Assembly (NCBI GenBank): GCA_018675975.1
Contig: JABGXB010000002.1
Span: forward strand, 442,098 to 506,097
Direction of reading: 5' to 3'
Source of the DNA: Candidatus Woesearchaeota archaeon
Lineage (GTDB): Archaea > Nanobdellota > Nanobdellia > Woesearchaeales > JABGXB01
DNA: 64,000 nt
Shown: positions 1 through 10,253 of the stretch, piece after piece
Position numbering within the stretch: the first letter of the stretch is position 1
Layout of the letters: each line of letters starts with the position of its first letter
The notes under the pieces: generated by a model
Database searches by the model: none
Told to the model about the DNA's origin: nothing
The model's input: only the letters and a program-made list of their open reading frames with translations
Position numbers and translations under genes: made by a program

Positions 1-2
1 TA

Positions 3-92
3 GATCAAAGTGATAAAAAAATAAGAATTCAAATTGATTATTCTGCTTTTGTTATTAGTCAAAATGAATTAACTTTTAATATTAATAACTAA
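3..92 (+). CDS. 3' end of a CDS truncated by the window edge
   Basis: Open frame DQSDKKIRIQIDYSAFVISQNELTFNINN* ending at TAA 90-92. Confidence 0.6.
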   Translation, partial: DQSDKKIRIQIDYSAFVISQNELTFNINN

Positions 93-188
93 TTTTAATA
101 TAATAACTAATCTATTGGTTATTTAGTATTGCAGGTAGTTTTATAAATAATTTTTCTATATTAAAAGTATAATAAAAGTGGTGATTGA

Positions 189-1217
189 ATGAAATTTACT
201 AAAAGATTAATATTACTTGTATTGATTTTATTTATTTCAGTATTATATGGTTGTACTGAAACTACTAGTGAAAATACAAATATTGAAGCACAAAAAAGAT
301 TTGTTGGTGGATCAAGTGGTGTTGTTACTAGTGTATCAACAGATAAATCTAATAATTTAGTTGGTGTTGGTGAATCATTTTCTTATATGGTTGATGTTAA
401 AAATACTGGTGAATATGATTTACAAGCTAATGATTATATTGTTAAATTATTAATTCCTCAAGACCCTGGTGTTTTTGAAGGTGGTACTTATGGTGAATTA
501 ACATTAAATAATGAAAATGTAGCTTCTGGTACTGGTTTGAATCCTGATGGTAGTACGATACCAAATGGCGAATTTGAAATTAAAACAATACCATTAAAAT
601 GGGCAAGCGTTACTAAACCAGTTGATTATGATTTATCATATAGATATTGTTACAAATATGAAACTCGAGCAGATTCTATTTTATGTAAAAAATCAGATTT
701 ACAAGGTAGAATTTCTGATGATGAAAAAAATACAGGTTGTTCTTATCCTGAATTTGGTAGTAGTATATCACAAACAACTCATAATTCAAATGGACCAGTA
801 CAATTTTCAAATTTAGTTCAAACAATACAAAATGCAGATTCTATGAGATTTACATTTGATTTAAGTATTATTGGTGGCGGTAATGTAGGTCTTGCAGATC
901 AAGGTAGAGATGAATTAACTAGATGCGAATGGAGACCAAATGATGTTACAAGCGATAAGGTTACAGTAACAATTAAATCAGAAGCGGGATTAGTTGAATG
1001 TGATAATTTAAAACAATCAACTCATAGCACTGAAGGTAATTTAGATGTATTAGTTGGTATTGTTGAATTTAACGATGAATCTTCAACTTCTAAAAAAATC
1101 AGTTGTAAATATAAACCTGAAAATATTGGAAATGCGCATGATAATTTAGAATTGAAAGCAACATATGATTATGCTAAAACTGAAACATTATCAGAACAAA
1201 TTAAATTTTTAAAATAA
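189..1217 (+). CDS. Putative secreted lipoprotein, Cys-containing beta-rich ectodomain
   Basis: Signal peptide with lipobox-like VLYG-C; GTGGTGA RBS and TTTATAAA box upstream; YCYKYET motif. Confidence 0.7.
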   Translation: MKFTKRLILLVLILFISVLYGCTETTSENTNIEAQKRFVGGSSGVVTSVSTDKSNNLVGVGESFSYMVDVKNTGEYDLQANDYIVKLLIPQDPGVFEGGTYGELTLNNENVASGTGLNPDGSTIPNGEFEIKTIPLKWASVTKPVDYDLSYRYCYKYETRADSILCKKSDLQGRISDDEKNTGCSYPEFGSSISQTTHNSNGPVQFSNLVQTIQNADSMRFTFDLSIIGGGNVGLADQGRDELTRCEWRPNDVTSDKVTVTIKSEAGLVECDNLKQSTHSTEGNLDVLVGIVEFNDESSTSKKISCKYKPENIGNAHDNLELKATYDYAKTETLSEQIKFLK

Positions 1218-1236
1218 TTTTTTTTTTTTTTTAGAA

Positions 1237-2469
1237 TTAAGTTAATTTTTTTTCTATTATTTTTTCTATTGCATTAGCAGTATAATTTTCTTTTTCATCT
1301 AATTGATTTTTTAATAGTTTTATTTCATCTTCTAGATCAGAAATCAAATTATTTTTCATTTGAATTTGTAAATCTTTTCCATCTAGGTCAATATTAATCT
1401 TTTTTATTTCATCATTTTTTTTAATTTGACTAGATTCAAATAATGCTGGATAATATTTGTCCTTATCATCATTATTTTTTAATAATTGATGAACACTCTC
1501 AGATAATTTAGAAATGTGTGTATTTAAACCTCGAATTTTATCTTTTAATATTTTATTTTCTTCTTTTAATAATTCAATTATTTTAATTGTTTTTTCATGA
1601 TTATCAATTTCAACATCAAATTCTTTTTTTAAATTTTCATTTTCTCTCAAACCTTCTTGGATTTGTACATTTAATGTAATTTCATTATTTTCATAATTAT
1701 GAAATTTTTGTTCTAGTATTGATTTTTGTCTTTTTTCAATTTCTAAATCTTGAGACATAATTTCATTAATTTTTTTAAATTCTATTACTTTTTCATTTAA
1801 TTCTTTATTATTTTCATTTAATTCTTTATTTTTATTTAAAAAATTTTCAAATTTATACATTAAATCTTTATTTTTTATTACTAGTTCTTCATTTTCTTTT
1901 TGCTCTGTTTCAGTTTCTTCTTTACTTTTATTTATTTCTTGAGCACTATACTCTTCTTTTTTTTCCATTAAATCTATTATTTCTGCATTATTTTGAATTT
2001 TTGATAATTTTTTTCTTAATTCTTGATTTGTATTTAATTCTGATATTAATTGATTTTTAATTTCAAAATATTTTTCTTCAATTTTATTAATTATTATATT
2101 ATATTGCTTTTCTTCTTCTTTATCTAAATTTATTGTATCATTTAATTTATTAATATAATTTTTAATATTATGTTCATTTTCAATATCTTCTTTTTCTTTT
2201 TGTTTCTTTATAATTTCTAATTTTTTTATATTTGGAATTATTTCTTTTATTTTATTTAATATATTTGAATTTTTAGAATTTAGGATTTCTTTAATTTCAG
2301 ATTCTTCTTTATCTGCAAACATATCCTCAATTTCTTCTTTTTCTATTTTTTCCCCTTCATTTAAAAATCTTTTTTCAATTTCTTCTATTTCTTTTTCAAC
2401 TTCTTTATATTGATCCATTTCTTTTTTTTCTATTTCATTAGCAAGATCTTTATGGGTATTAAATTTCAT
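1237..2469 (-). CDS. Long coiled-coil protein, function unknown
   Basis: 410 aa, E/K/N-rich heptad pattern, no recognisable ATPase motif. Confidence 0.7.
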   Translation of the reverse strand: MKFNTHKDLANEIEKKEMDQYKEVEKEIEEIEKRFLNEGEKIEKEEIEDMFADKEESEIKEILNSKNSNILNKIKEIIPNIKKLEIIKKQKEKEDIENEHNIKNYINKLNDTINLDKEEEKQYNIIINKIEEKYFEIKNQLISELNTNQELRKKLSKIQNNAEIIDLMEKKEEYSAQEINKSKEETETEQKENEELVIKNKDLMYKFENFLNKNKELNENNKELNEKVIEFKKINEIMSQDLEIEKRQKSILEQKFHNYENNEITLNVQIQEGLRENENLKKEFDVEIDNHEKTIKIIELLKEENKILKDKIRGLNTHISKLSESVHQLLKNNDDKDKYYPALFESSQIKKNDEIKKINIDLDGKDLQIQMKNNLISDLEDEIKLLKNQLDEKENYTANAIEKIIEKKLT

Positions 2470-2550
2470 ATTTAATATAATTATTATTAACTTTATAAAT
2501 TTGTTTTTTATTACATAAGTGTTTTTAAATGAATAATTTATTTTTATTTT

Positions 2551-3195
2551 ATGAAGTTTGTTTTATATGGTAGGAAAGCATCAGGTAAAAATATAATTTC
2601 TGATATTTTAAAAACAATTTTAAAAAATGACCATAAAATTTTAGATTTTGGTAGTTTTTCAAGGGATCAAGTTAAAACAAATGGTGAATTTTCAGATTAT
2701 TTAAAAAATAATTTTGCTAAAACTGATGATGATGGTCAACCTAATTTTTTTGATGATATCAATTTTAGGATGAAAGCTGTAGAACTTTTTTATAATATAG
2801 GTGGATTTTCAGATGATACAATAAATATTGGTTTGCCGCGTTCAGTTGATCAATTAAAAGAAATATTAAAATTAAGATTAAATCCTCAAGATACATTTTA
2901 TATTTTTTTAAATGTACATGATCAAATTCAAAAAAAAAGATTAATTGAAAGATATAATGATGAGGGTATGAGAATTTGTGAAACAAATGTTCAAAAGACA
3001 TTAGATTTAGATAATATGTTTTTAAAATATTCTAAAGAATTTAAAAATTATGTAATTTCAAATGATTTACCTTATATTGAATTAAATACATCAGTTCAAA
3101 TTGATCAAAATGATTTTGAAAATATAAGTTTTAATAATTTAAAGCAAAAATTAATTGACAAATTGAGTGTATTTGATTTTATCGATTTGAAATAA
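2551..3195 (+). CDS. Divergent adenylate/nucleoside monophosphate kinase-like protein
   Basis: N-terminal P-loop-like LYGRKASGKN; IGLPRSVDQ resembles the Adk DGFPRxxxQ motif; RLIER segment. Confidence 0.6.
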   Translation: MKFVLYGRKASGKNIISDILKTILKNDHKILDFGSFSRDQVKTNGEFSDYLKNNFAKTDDDGQPNFFDDINFRMKAVELFYNIGGFSDDTINIGLPRSVDQLKEILKLRLNPQDTFYIFLNVHDQIQKKRLIERYNDEGMRICETNVQKTLDLDNMFLKYSKEFKNYVISNDLPYIELNTSVQIDQNDFENISFNNLKQKLIDKLSVFDFIDLK

Positions 3196-3225
3196 TTTTA
3201 TTAATCACCCATATTTTTTAAATTT

Positions 3226-3639
3226 ATGAAAATTTTATTTGTTTGTTTAGGGAATTATTGTAGAAGTCCAATAGCTCATGCAATAGCAAAACATATTTTT
3301 CCTAATTGGACTATTGATTCTTGTGCATTATCTCATTGTCATGAAGGTGAACAAATGCATATTAATAGTAGGAAAATATTAAAAAAACATGAAATGTTTT
3401 ATGATGTTATATCTAAACACATTTCAAAAGTTAATATTAAAAATTTTGATTTAGTATTATGTATGGATTTTTCAAATTATGTAAAATTAAATGGTTTGGG
3501 TATTAAATGTGAATATGTAACTTTTTTAAAAGATAATAGTGAAGTTGAAGATCCTTATGGTGAGAATGTTGAATTTTATGAACAAACATATAAAAAAATA
3601 TATAATTCTATTTTAGAACTTAAAAATTATAAAAATTAA
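3226..3639 (+). CDS. Low molecular weight protein-tyrosine phosphatase
   Basis: ILFVCLGNYCRSP catalytic loop; VEDPYG motif. Confidence 0.92.
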   Translation: MKILFVCLGNYCRSPIAHAIAKHIFPNWTIDSCALSHCHEGEQMHINSRKILKKHEMFYDVISKHISKVNIKNFDLVLCMDFSNYVKLNGLGIKCEYVTFLKDNSEVEDPYGENVEFYEQTYKKIYNSILELKNYKN

Positions 3640-4598
3640 TTACAAATATATCCCATGTATGCCAATAATGCATTTAATTGTATATATTGGTCACTTCCTT
3701 CATTCAATCTAAATTCCGTTTCTCCACATTTATCAATTATTTTTAATATTTTCATTTTATCAATTTCTAATTTTAAAACTTCTTTTTGGATTTGTTTAAT
3801 TATATCATTTCCACTAAGGCCAGTTTTTAACATAATATCTAATAATACTCGTTTTGCCTCATAAAAATTAGCTTGAATTGCAAAAGATAATAATTCATTT
3901 AATTCTTTTGGTTTTGCAAGATTTGCCATTGAATATATAGTTTCTTTTGAAAATTTATTTTCTACACTACTAATTGTTTGCATAATATTTTCTAATTTTC
4001 TTGCATCTCCATTACTTATTTCAAATAATGCTTCTTTTTCTTCTTCATTTATTTCTAAATTTTCTTTTTTAGATATCACATCAATTAATTCAAATATATT
4101 TTCTTTTTCTAATGGTTGAAATTTAAATATTGTACATCTAGATTGTATTGGTTCTATTATTTTTGATACATAATTACAAGATAAAATAAATCTACATGTT
4201 AATGCATATGTTTCCATTGTACGTCTTAATGCTTGCTGAGCTTCTTTTGTAAGGGCGTCACACTCATCTAAATAAATAATTTTAAATGGAACATTATTAA
4301 TTGCTTTTGTTCTTGCAAAATCTTTTACTTTTGTTCTAATTACATCAATTCCTCTTTCATCACTAGCATTTAATTCTAAAAAGTTATAATTCCAATTATT
4401 TTCAAATAATTTTTTTGCAATAATTAATGAAGTTGTAGTTTTTCCAACTCCTGCTGGGCCTGAAAATAGTAAATGTGGCATAGTTTTATTTTTAACAAAT
4501 GCTTTTATTTTAGAAATTGTATTTTCTTGACCTTTAACGTCTTCAAAACTTTCAGGCCTATGTTTTTCTACCCAAATTGTGTGTTTATTTTCTCCCAT
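3636..4598 (-). CDS. rfcS: Replication factor C small subunit
   Basis: WVEKHRP, GPAGVGKTT, LELNASDERG, SRC motifs. Confidence 0.97.
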   Translation of the reverse strand: MGENKHTIWVEKHRPESFEDVKGQENTISKIKAFVKNKTMPHLLFSGPAGVGKTTTSLIIAKKLFENNWNYNFLELNASDERGIDVIRTKVKDFARTKAINNVPFKIIYLDECDALTKEAQQALRRTMETYALTCRFILSCNYVSKIIEPIQSRCTIFKFQPLEKENIFELIDVISKKENLEINEEEKEALFEISNGDARKLENIMQTISSVENKFSKETIYSMANLAKPKELNELLSFAIQANFYEAKRVLLDIMLKTGLSGNDIIKQIQKEVLKLEIDKMKILKIIDKCGETEFRLNEGSDQYIQLNALLAYMGYICN

Positions 4599-4634
4599 AA
4601 CATAAGCACATTCAATTCATTTTTAAGTTTATTG

Positions 4635-5054
4635 TTAGAATCTACCAGTGGATCCAAAACCACCATCACTTCGTCCAGTTTCATTTAATTCTTCAACCAT
4701 TTCAATTTCTACTCTTTCGACTTTTTGAATTAAAATTTGAGCAATTTTTTCATATTTTTCAAATGTTTGGGTTTCTAATCCTATATTTATTAGACCAACC
4801 TTAATTTCTCCTCTATAATCTGCATCAATCACTCCACCCATTAAAGTTAATTTTCTTTTATTTGCAACTCCACTTTTATCCCATATTAAACCAACGTGAC
4901 CATTTGGAATTTCAAAACACACTTTTGTATCAATTAATGTATGTTGTCCCGGTTCGATAATTGTTTTTTCTCCGGCAAGTAAATCAATAGCTGCAGCATG
5001 TTCAGAATGATATTTTAAATCTGGCATATTTGGATCTAATGTTTTAATTCTCAT
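4635..5054 (-). CDS. dut: Trimeric dUTP diphosphatase
   Basis: AAAIDL, KSG, GVIDADYRGEI, IAQ and RSDGGFGSTG motifs. Confidence 0.95.
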   Translation of the reverse strand: MRIKTLDPNMPDLKYHSEHAAAIDLLAGEKTIIEPGQHTLIDTKVCFEIPNGHVGLIWDKSGVANKRKLTLMGGVIDADYRGEIKVGLINIGLETQTFEKYEKIAQILIQKVERVEIEMVEELNETGRSDGGFGSTGRF

Positions 5055-5154
5055 ATCTTTTTTTGAATATATAGTTTTTATAAGGGTAATGCTTTTGAAA
5101 TTACGATAATTTTATAAATAATTTTCAAGCTATGTAATTATCAAGAGGTATTAT

Positions 5155-5415
5155 ATGGAAGACGAAAAAAGATTATCTAAATCATTACTTGGAAAAACAG
5201 TTGTTTCTGAAACTGGTAAAATTTTTGGAGATGTTGGTGATTTAGTTTTTGAAACTTCATCAGGTGAAATTATGCACGTTGTATTATCCAATCCTGCTAC
5301 TCATGCATTAAAATTAGATTTAGAAAAAGATAAATCTGGAAATATTCTTATTCCTTTTACTGCTGTACTTGCAATTGCAGATTATTTAGTTATTCGTGAA
5401 GAAGATATAATTTAA
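5155..5415 (+). CDS. PRC-barrel protein (CdpB-like archaeal cell-division family)
   Basis: LLGKTVVSETGKIFGDVGDLVFETSSGEI...LIPFTAVLAIADYLVI; GAGGT RBS. Confidence 0.8.
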   Translation: MEDEKRLSKSLLGKTVVSETGKIFGDVGDLVFETSSGEIMHVVLSNPATHALKLDLEKDKSGNILIPFTAVLAIADYLVIREEDII

Positions 5416-5422
5416 TTATGTA

Positions 5423-6418
5423 TTAATTATATGTAATAATTTTTTCTTTTAAATTTTTAATTTCATTATCAATATCTATATTTTTATTTATATTATTTAC
5501 ATTAACTTCAATTTGATTTGTAAATGAATTTAATTTAGAATTAGCTTTTACTTCAACCAAATCTCCTTTGATGGTTTCTAATTCATATGTGATTGCATCA
5601 ATATCTTCTTTTAAATTTACTATTTCTTCATCTGTTTTTCCAATTAATTTACAAACTTGTTCTCTAAAAAATGTTGCTCTTATGGTTTCTGTTCCGTCAT
5701 CTAATATTGTAGTAATTACATATGCTATTTTAGGTTTTACTTCTCCATGCACTTCACATTGAAATTTATCTTGAACTAATTTTGCTCTTTTATTACATTC
5801 TGGGCAAATTTCAAAAAACTTTATTGGAAAAATATTTACAATATTTGCCTTAATTTGAACTTTTTGATTTTCTTCTTTTATTTGACTAATATTTACTTGT
5901 TTATAATTTGAAGATTTATTTTTTAATTCTTCAAAAGGTGGTATTGATTCATCTTCTGTTTTTGTAATAGTAGAATAATTTGAACAATGAATTTCTACTG
6001 AATTATTTCTATTTTCTTTTGCATAAGCATTTTGAATACTAATAATATCTCCTTCTTTTATATCTTCAATAGAATCAATTACCTCATTCCAAAGTACAAC
6101 CCTAGTTTTTATATTATTATTTGCACACCAAAGTGATTTTACTCTTCCTTTATTTTCTTCTTTATTAAATTCAATAGTATCATACATATTTAAAATTCTC
6201 AAATTAATATTTATATTTTTCATTCCAGGAATTATCTTATCTGTAATTAATGCACTTCTATTTAATTCTACACCTAATGAATTTGCAATAATAAAAATAG
6301 CACCTTCTTTTGAAATTAAACCATCTAAATCTTCGATTTTCTTTTCTATTTTTTTTTCAACTTCTTCTTTTGAAATATTTTTTTCTGCACATATTTTTTC
6401 TATATATTTATCTATCAC
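5423..6418 (-). CDS. rpa: Replication protein A (OB folds plus zinc finger)
   Basis: GLISKEGA N-terminal motif, OB folds, CPECNKR...CEVHG zinc finger, LDDGTETIRATFF. Confidence 0.88.
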   Translation of the reverse strand: MIDKYIEKICAEKNISKEEVEKKIEKKIEDLDGLISKEGAIFIIANSLGVELNRSALITDKIIPGMKNININLRILNMYDTIEFNKEENKGRVKSLWCANNNIKTRVVLWNEVIDSIEDIKEGDIISIQNAYAKENRNNSVEIHCSNYSTITKTEDESIPPFEELKNKSSNYKQVNISQIKEENQKVQIKANIVNIFPIKFFEICPECNKRAKLVQDKFQCEVHGEVKPKIAYVITTILDDGTETIRATFFREQVCKLIGKTDEEIVNLKEDIDAITYELETIKGDLVEVKANSKLNSFTNQIEVNVNNINKNIDIDNEIKNLKEKIITYN

Positions 6419-6598
6419 ATTTTGTGAAAAATTATCTTTTTTATAAAATATTCTTTCATTTTTTAACTATTGTTTTTAATAATATATTCTGTAGACTGGT
6501 CACTGGACATTCTGTAGTTTTTCTTATAAGTAATTTTTGCTTAGTTAATGTATGGCTTGAAAATTTCAAGTTAAATACTTAAATGGGTGATTATTTTT

Positions 6599-7681
6599 AT
6601 GACTAAAGCAAAAAAAAACTTTGATGATGATACTATAATGAATAATTTAATTAATAATGATAATAATACTGAAGATGATAATTCTTTAAATGAAGAATCT
6701 AATAAAGAATTTAATGAAGGGTCTGAAATTATTAAAAAGAAAACTAATTCAATTCCAACTATTTTTGAATTACCTGGTGTTGGTCCTGCCACTGCTGAAA
6801 AGCTTGAAGCTAGTGGTTTTTCTGATGTCATGAGCATTGCTGTTGCAACTCCATCTCAAATAGTAGATGCCACTGGTATTGGTGAAGCTGCTGCAAGAAA
6901 AATAATCAAATCTGCACGTGATTTATTAGATATGGGTTTTGAGAGTGGTCTTGTTGTTCTTGAAAAAAGAAAAAGTGTAGAAAAAATATCTCTTGGTTGT
7001 TCTTCTTTTGACAATTTATTAGAGGGTGGTTTTGAAACTGGTTCAATAGTTGAATGTTTTGGTGAATTTGGTTCTAGTAAAACTCAAATTGGTCATCTAT
7101 TGGCTGTTAATTGTCAAAAATTAGCTGATGATGCTGTTGCAATTTATATTGATACTGAAAATACATTTAGGCCTGAGCGTATAATTCAATTTGCAAAAGG
7201 TTCTGGATTGGATCCTGACAAAGTTTTAGCAAATATTAGAGTAGCAAAAGCATATAATAGTGATCATCAAATGTTATTAGCTGAAAAAGTTAGTGATTTA
7301 ATTAAAGATAAAAATTTAAATGTAAAAGTAGTCATTATTGATTCTTTAATGGCACATTTTAGAGCTGAGTTTATTGGTCGTGGTTCTTTATCTGAACGTC
7401 AACAAAAATTAAATAAGCATATGAGTGTATTATCTAAATTAGCTGATACTCACAATTGTTGTGTTTATGTAACAAATCAAGTTATGTCTAAGCCTGATAC
7501 TTTCTTTGGTGATCCTACACAAGCAGTTGGTGGTCATATAGTTGCACACGCATCTACCTTTAGATTATATTTGAGAAAAGGAAGAAAGGGTGCTCGTGTT
7601 GCAAAATTAATTGATGCTCCAAATTTACCTGATTCTGAATGTTCTTATTTTGTTGAAGAATCTGGTTTAAGAGACGCATAA
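6599..7681 (+). CDS. radA: DNA repair and recombination protein RadA
   Basis: LPGVGPATAEKL HhH, GEFGSSKTQ Walker A, YIDTENTFRPERI; ATG at 6599 follows a GGGTGA RBS. Confidence 0.97.
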   Translation: MTKAKKNFDDDTIMNNLINNDNNTEDDNSLNEESNKEFNEGSEIIKKKTNSIPTIFELPGVGPATAEKLEASGFSDVMSIAVATPSQIVDATGIGEAAARKIIKSARDLLDMGFESGLVVLEKRKSVEKISLGCSSFDNLLEGGFETGSIVECFGEFGSSKTQIGHLLAVNCQKLADDAVAIYIDTENTFRPERIIQFAKGSGLDPDKVLANIRVAKAYNSDHQMLLAEKVSDLIKDKNLNVKVVIIDSLMAHFRAEFIGRGSLSERQQKLNKHMSVLSKLADTHNCCVYVTNQVMSKPDTFFGDPTQAVGGHIVAHASTFRLYLRKGRKGARVAKLIDAPNLPDSECSYFVEESGLRDA

Positions 7682-7709
7682 TTTTTTTATTTTATAATCT
7701 TTTTTTAAA

Positions 7710-8336
7710 TTAATTATCTAATAATGCTTTTTGACAAAGTTCTTCTGGGAACGCACAATCTTCTTTTTTTTTATCAAGTTTAAATGGTTCAACTTCTGAA
7801 TTTGGCCATGTAAATCTTGGTTGAAAATCATGAATTAAATATAGAACTGCTCCAGTTAATTGATGATTATTTATTGAAGTTAAATAGTCTGCTAATCTAT
7901 TTGTTGCATTTACAAATTCTTGATATTCTCCTCCACCTTTTTTCATCCTCATTTTTAATATTGAATTATATGTGGATGGGGACGTTTCAAATAATCTTAA
8001 TTTACTTTTTGTACTTTCAAGTGTCATAGTCTGAAATGATTGTGCTTGGCTATGCAAATATTCTGCAAGATCACAAATATTAAATTCACTATCTTCTCTA
8101 GTTTGTTTAATTGACTTACCAATTAATTTTGAATTAACACCAAATAAATGTAATTTATATCTGTCAATATTTTGACCTAATGAAAAATTTAATTGGGATG
8201 CTTCTTCATCTTCAAGAATTCCTATTTTTTTCATTACATCTCTTTCATTAGTAATTAATTCTTTTATTTCATTTCTTAAAAATAAATAATTTTCTAAACC
8301 TTTTAATTGTGTTAAATAATATAATTCATTTTCCAT
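7710..8336 (-). CDS. Hypothetical protein with possible XRE/Cro-like helix-turn-helix
   Basis: IGKSIKQTREDSEFNICDLAEYL resembles the first helices of XRE HTH domains. Confidence 0.45.
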   Translation of the reverse strand: MENELYYLTQLKGLENYLFLRNEIKELITNERDVMKKIGILEDEEASQLNFSLGQNIDRYKLHLFGVNSKLIGKSIKQTREDSEFNICDLAEYLHSQAQSFQTMTLESTKSKLRLFETSPSTYNSILKMRMKKGGGEYQEFVNATNRLADYLTSINNHQLTGAVLYLIHDFQPRFTWPNSEVEPFKLDKKKEDCAFPEELCQKALLDN

Positions 8337-8402
8337 AAATAGTTTTTAGAGTTTTGTTTTATATATTTTTATATGATTTTATTTATATTTAGAAATATCT
8401 TA

Positions 8403-9008
8403 TTATAAATCAACAAAGTCTTCTATTTTATATTTGAAGTCTTCTTCTTTTTCAATTAATTTTTTTTCAATCATATATTGTCTTGCAATTAAGAAGTAAA
8501 CTAAATTTAATGATTTTCTACCTTTATTATTACAAGGTATTGCAAAATCTAATTTATTGTGGGTATTATTTGAATCAATTAAACCCATAATTAATATTCC
8601 ATTTTTATATGCATCATTAATTATATTTTTATCTAACCAAGTATCTGATGTAAATATAATTTTAGATTCAGTATAATTTTTTAAATTTGTATTTGTTAAT
8701 AATCCAGGAGGATATCTTCCTGTAATAATATTCATTCCAGTAACTTTTGAAAGTAAATTTAATCCTTTCCAACCACTTTCACGTCTACATACAACATAAA
8801 TTTCTTTTGGTTCAAATTGTGCCAATAGTTTTGCACCTAATTTTATTCTTTCATCAATTTTATCTAGATTTAATACTGCAAGACCTTCTGGTCTTATTTT
8901 ATGAATGTAGGGTTTCATTGCTTTAGTTTTAAAAGTAGTTCCTATATGAATTCCTGTTTGTAAATATGTTTCTGTATTTATTAAATAATTTTCAGTTCCT
9001 TCAGTCAT
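8403..9008 (-). CDS. rps2: 30S ribosomal protein uS2
   Basis: YLQTGIHIGT, GRYPPGLLTN, IPCNNKGRKSL; ATG at 9008 preferred over upstream TTG. Confidence 0.96.
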   Translation of the reverse strand: MTEGTENYLINTETYLQTGIHIGTTFKTKAMKPYIHKIRPEGLAVLNLDKIDERIKLGAKLLAQFEPKEIYVVCRRESGWKGLNLLSKVTGMNIITGRYPPGLLTNTNLKNYTESKIIFTSDTWLDKNIINDAYKNGILIMGLIDSNNTHNKLDFAIPCNNKGRKSLNLVYFLIARQYMIEKKLIEKEEDFKYKIEDFVDL

Positions 9009-9116
9009 TATTAACCCTATTTGCAAGATTTTCTTTTCATTTATAAAACTATTTATATTTTATTTGTCAGTAGTTTTATAAATCAAATTATGTTATTTTG
9101 CTCTAAGGGGTGAATA

Positions 9117-10253
9117 TTGAATAAATACTTATTATTTATTTTGTTAATAATATTTTGTTTTTCTTTTGCTAATGGTAAATTTATTGTTGATGAGAGTATA
9201 TATTTTGATCAAAATTTAGATGAATCATTTTATGCATTTGGAAATAATGTTGATATTTATTCTAATATTTCTGGTTCTTTAATAATTGCGGGTGGTACTG
9301 TAAATATTAATGATGGTTCTTATATTAAAAATAAACATACTACTATACTTGCTGATAATGTAAAAATTGATGGTGATTTGAGTGGGGATGTTTTTATTAT
9401 TGCAAGTAGTGTTTATATTTCAAAAAATGCTTTCTTTAATAGTGATGTAAGAATTACTGCTGCAAATGTTTATTTTTCTGGTGATGCTCGTCATTTAAGT
9501 GTAAATACAAATAAATTAACTTTAGATGGTAGGGTGCGAGGTGATTTATTTGTTAATACTAAATCTATTGAATCTGATAAAAATACTTTAGTTGAAGGGA
9601 CTTTCACACTTTCTGCCGATTACTATAATAAAAATGCTGGTACTTTTAGAAATGGTATTTTGGGTTTTAATAAAAACAAAAAATTTGATATTGGGTTGCA
9701 AGGTTTAAAAAATGCAATTTCTCTTTTAATTTTTGGATTATTTATTATTTGGTTTGCAAGTAAAACTAAAAAAAGTTTACAAAAAATATATGATTATGAT
9801 TTAACTCGTTCTTTTTTATATGGTATGATAACTTTAATTGCATTGCCAATAGTAATTTTATTATTATTTTTTACAGGTCTTTCAAGTATTTTATCATTAT
9901 TATTTTCTGGTATTTTTTTATTATTATTGATTATTGGATATTTTTTAGGTACATTAAGATTAGGTTATGAATTTTTAAAAAGAACTAATGTGGTTAGTAA
10001 TGATGTATTTAATTTATTTATTGGTGTTTTAATTTTATTTTTATTTAGCATAATTCCTTTTATCGGTGGTATTGTTTCAATAATTGTAATTATTTGTGGT
10101 ATTGGTATTGCAAAAAAAATATTGTTAAATGTTTATTATGGAACTCCAATTTTTGTAAATAAAAAGAAAACGATAAAAAAAATAGTTAAAAAAAAAGTAT
10201 CAAAGAAAGTTAAAAAAACAAAAGTTAAGTCTAAAAAATCTAAAATAAATTAA
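9117..10253 (+). CDS. Membrane protein with bactofilin-like beta-helical repeat ectodomain
   Basis: Signal peptide, repeats such as IAGGTVNI / VKIDGDLSGDV / LDGRVRGDL, about 5 TM helices, Lys-rich tail; TTG start after GGGGTGA. Confidence 0.75.
   Translation: MNKYLLFILLIIFCFSFANGKFIVDESIYFDQNLDESFYAFGNNVDIYSNISGSLIIAGGTVNINDGSYIKNKHTTILADNVKIDGDLSGDVFIIASSVYISKNAFFNSDVRITAANVYFSGDARHLSVNTNKLTLDGRVRGDLFVNTKSIESDKNTLVEGTFTLSADYYNKNAGTFRNGILGFNKNKKFDIGLQGLKNAISLLIFGLFIIWFASKTKKSLQKIYDYDLTRSFLYGMITLIALPIVILLLFFTGLSSILSLLFSGIFLLLLIIGYFLGTLRLGYEFLKRTNVVSNDVFNLFIGVLILFLFSIIPFIGGIVSIIVIICGIGIAKKILLNVYYGTPIFVNKKKTIKKIVKKKVSKKVKKTKVKSKKSKIN

Noticed and set aside
1237..2469. SMC or Rad50 call for the coiled-coil protein
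   Set aside because: No Walker A/B, signature or hinge motif; too short
3636..7681. Inteins in rfcS or radA (also checked gyrA and topA)
   Set aside because: Proteins are of normal length with contiguous motifs
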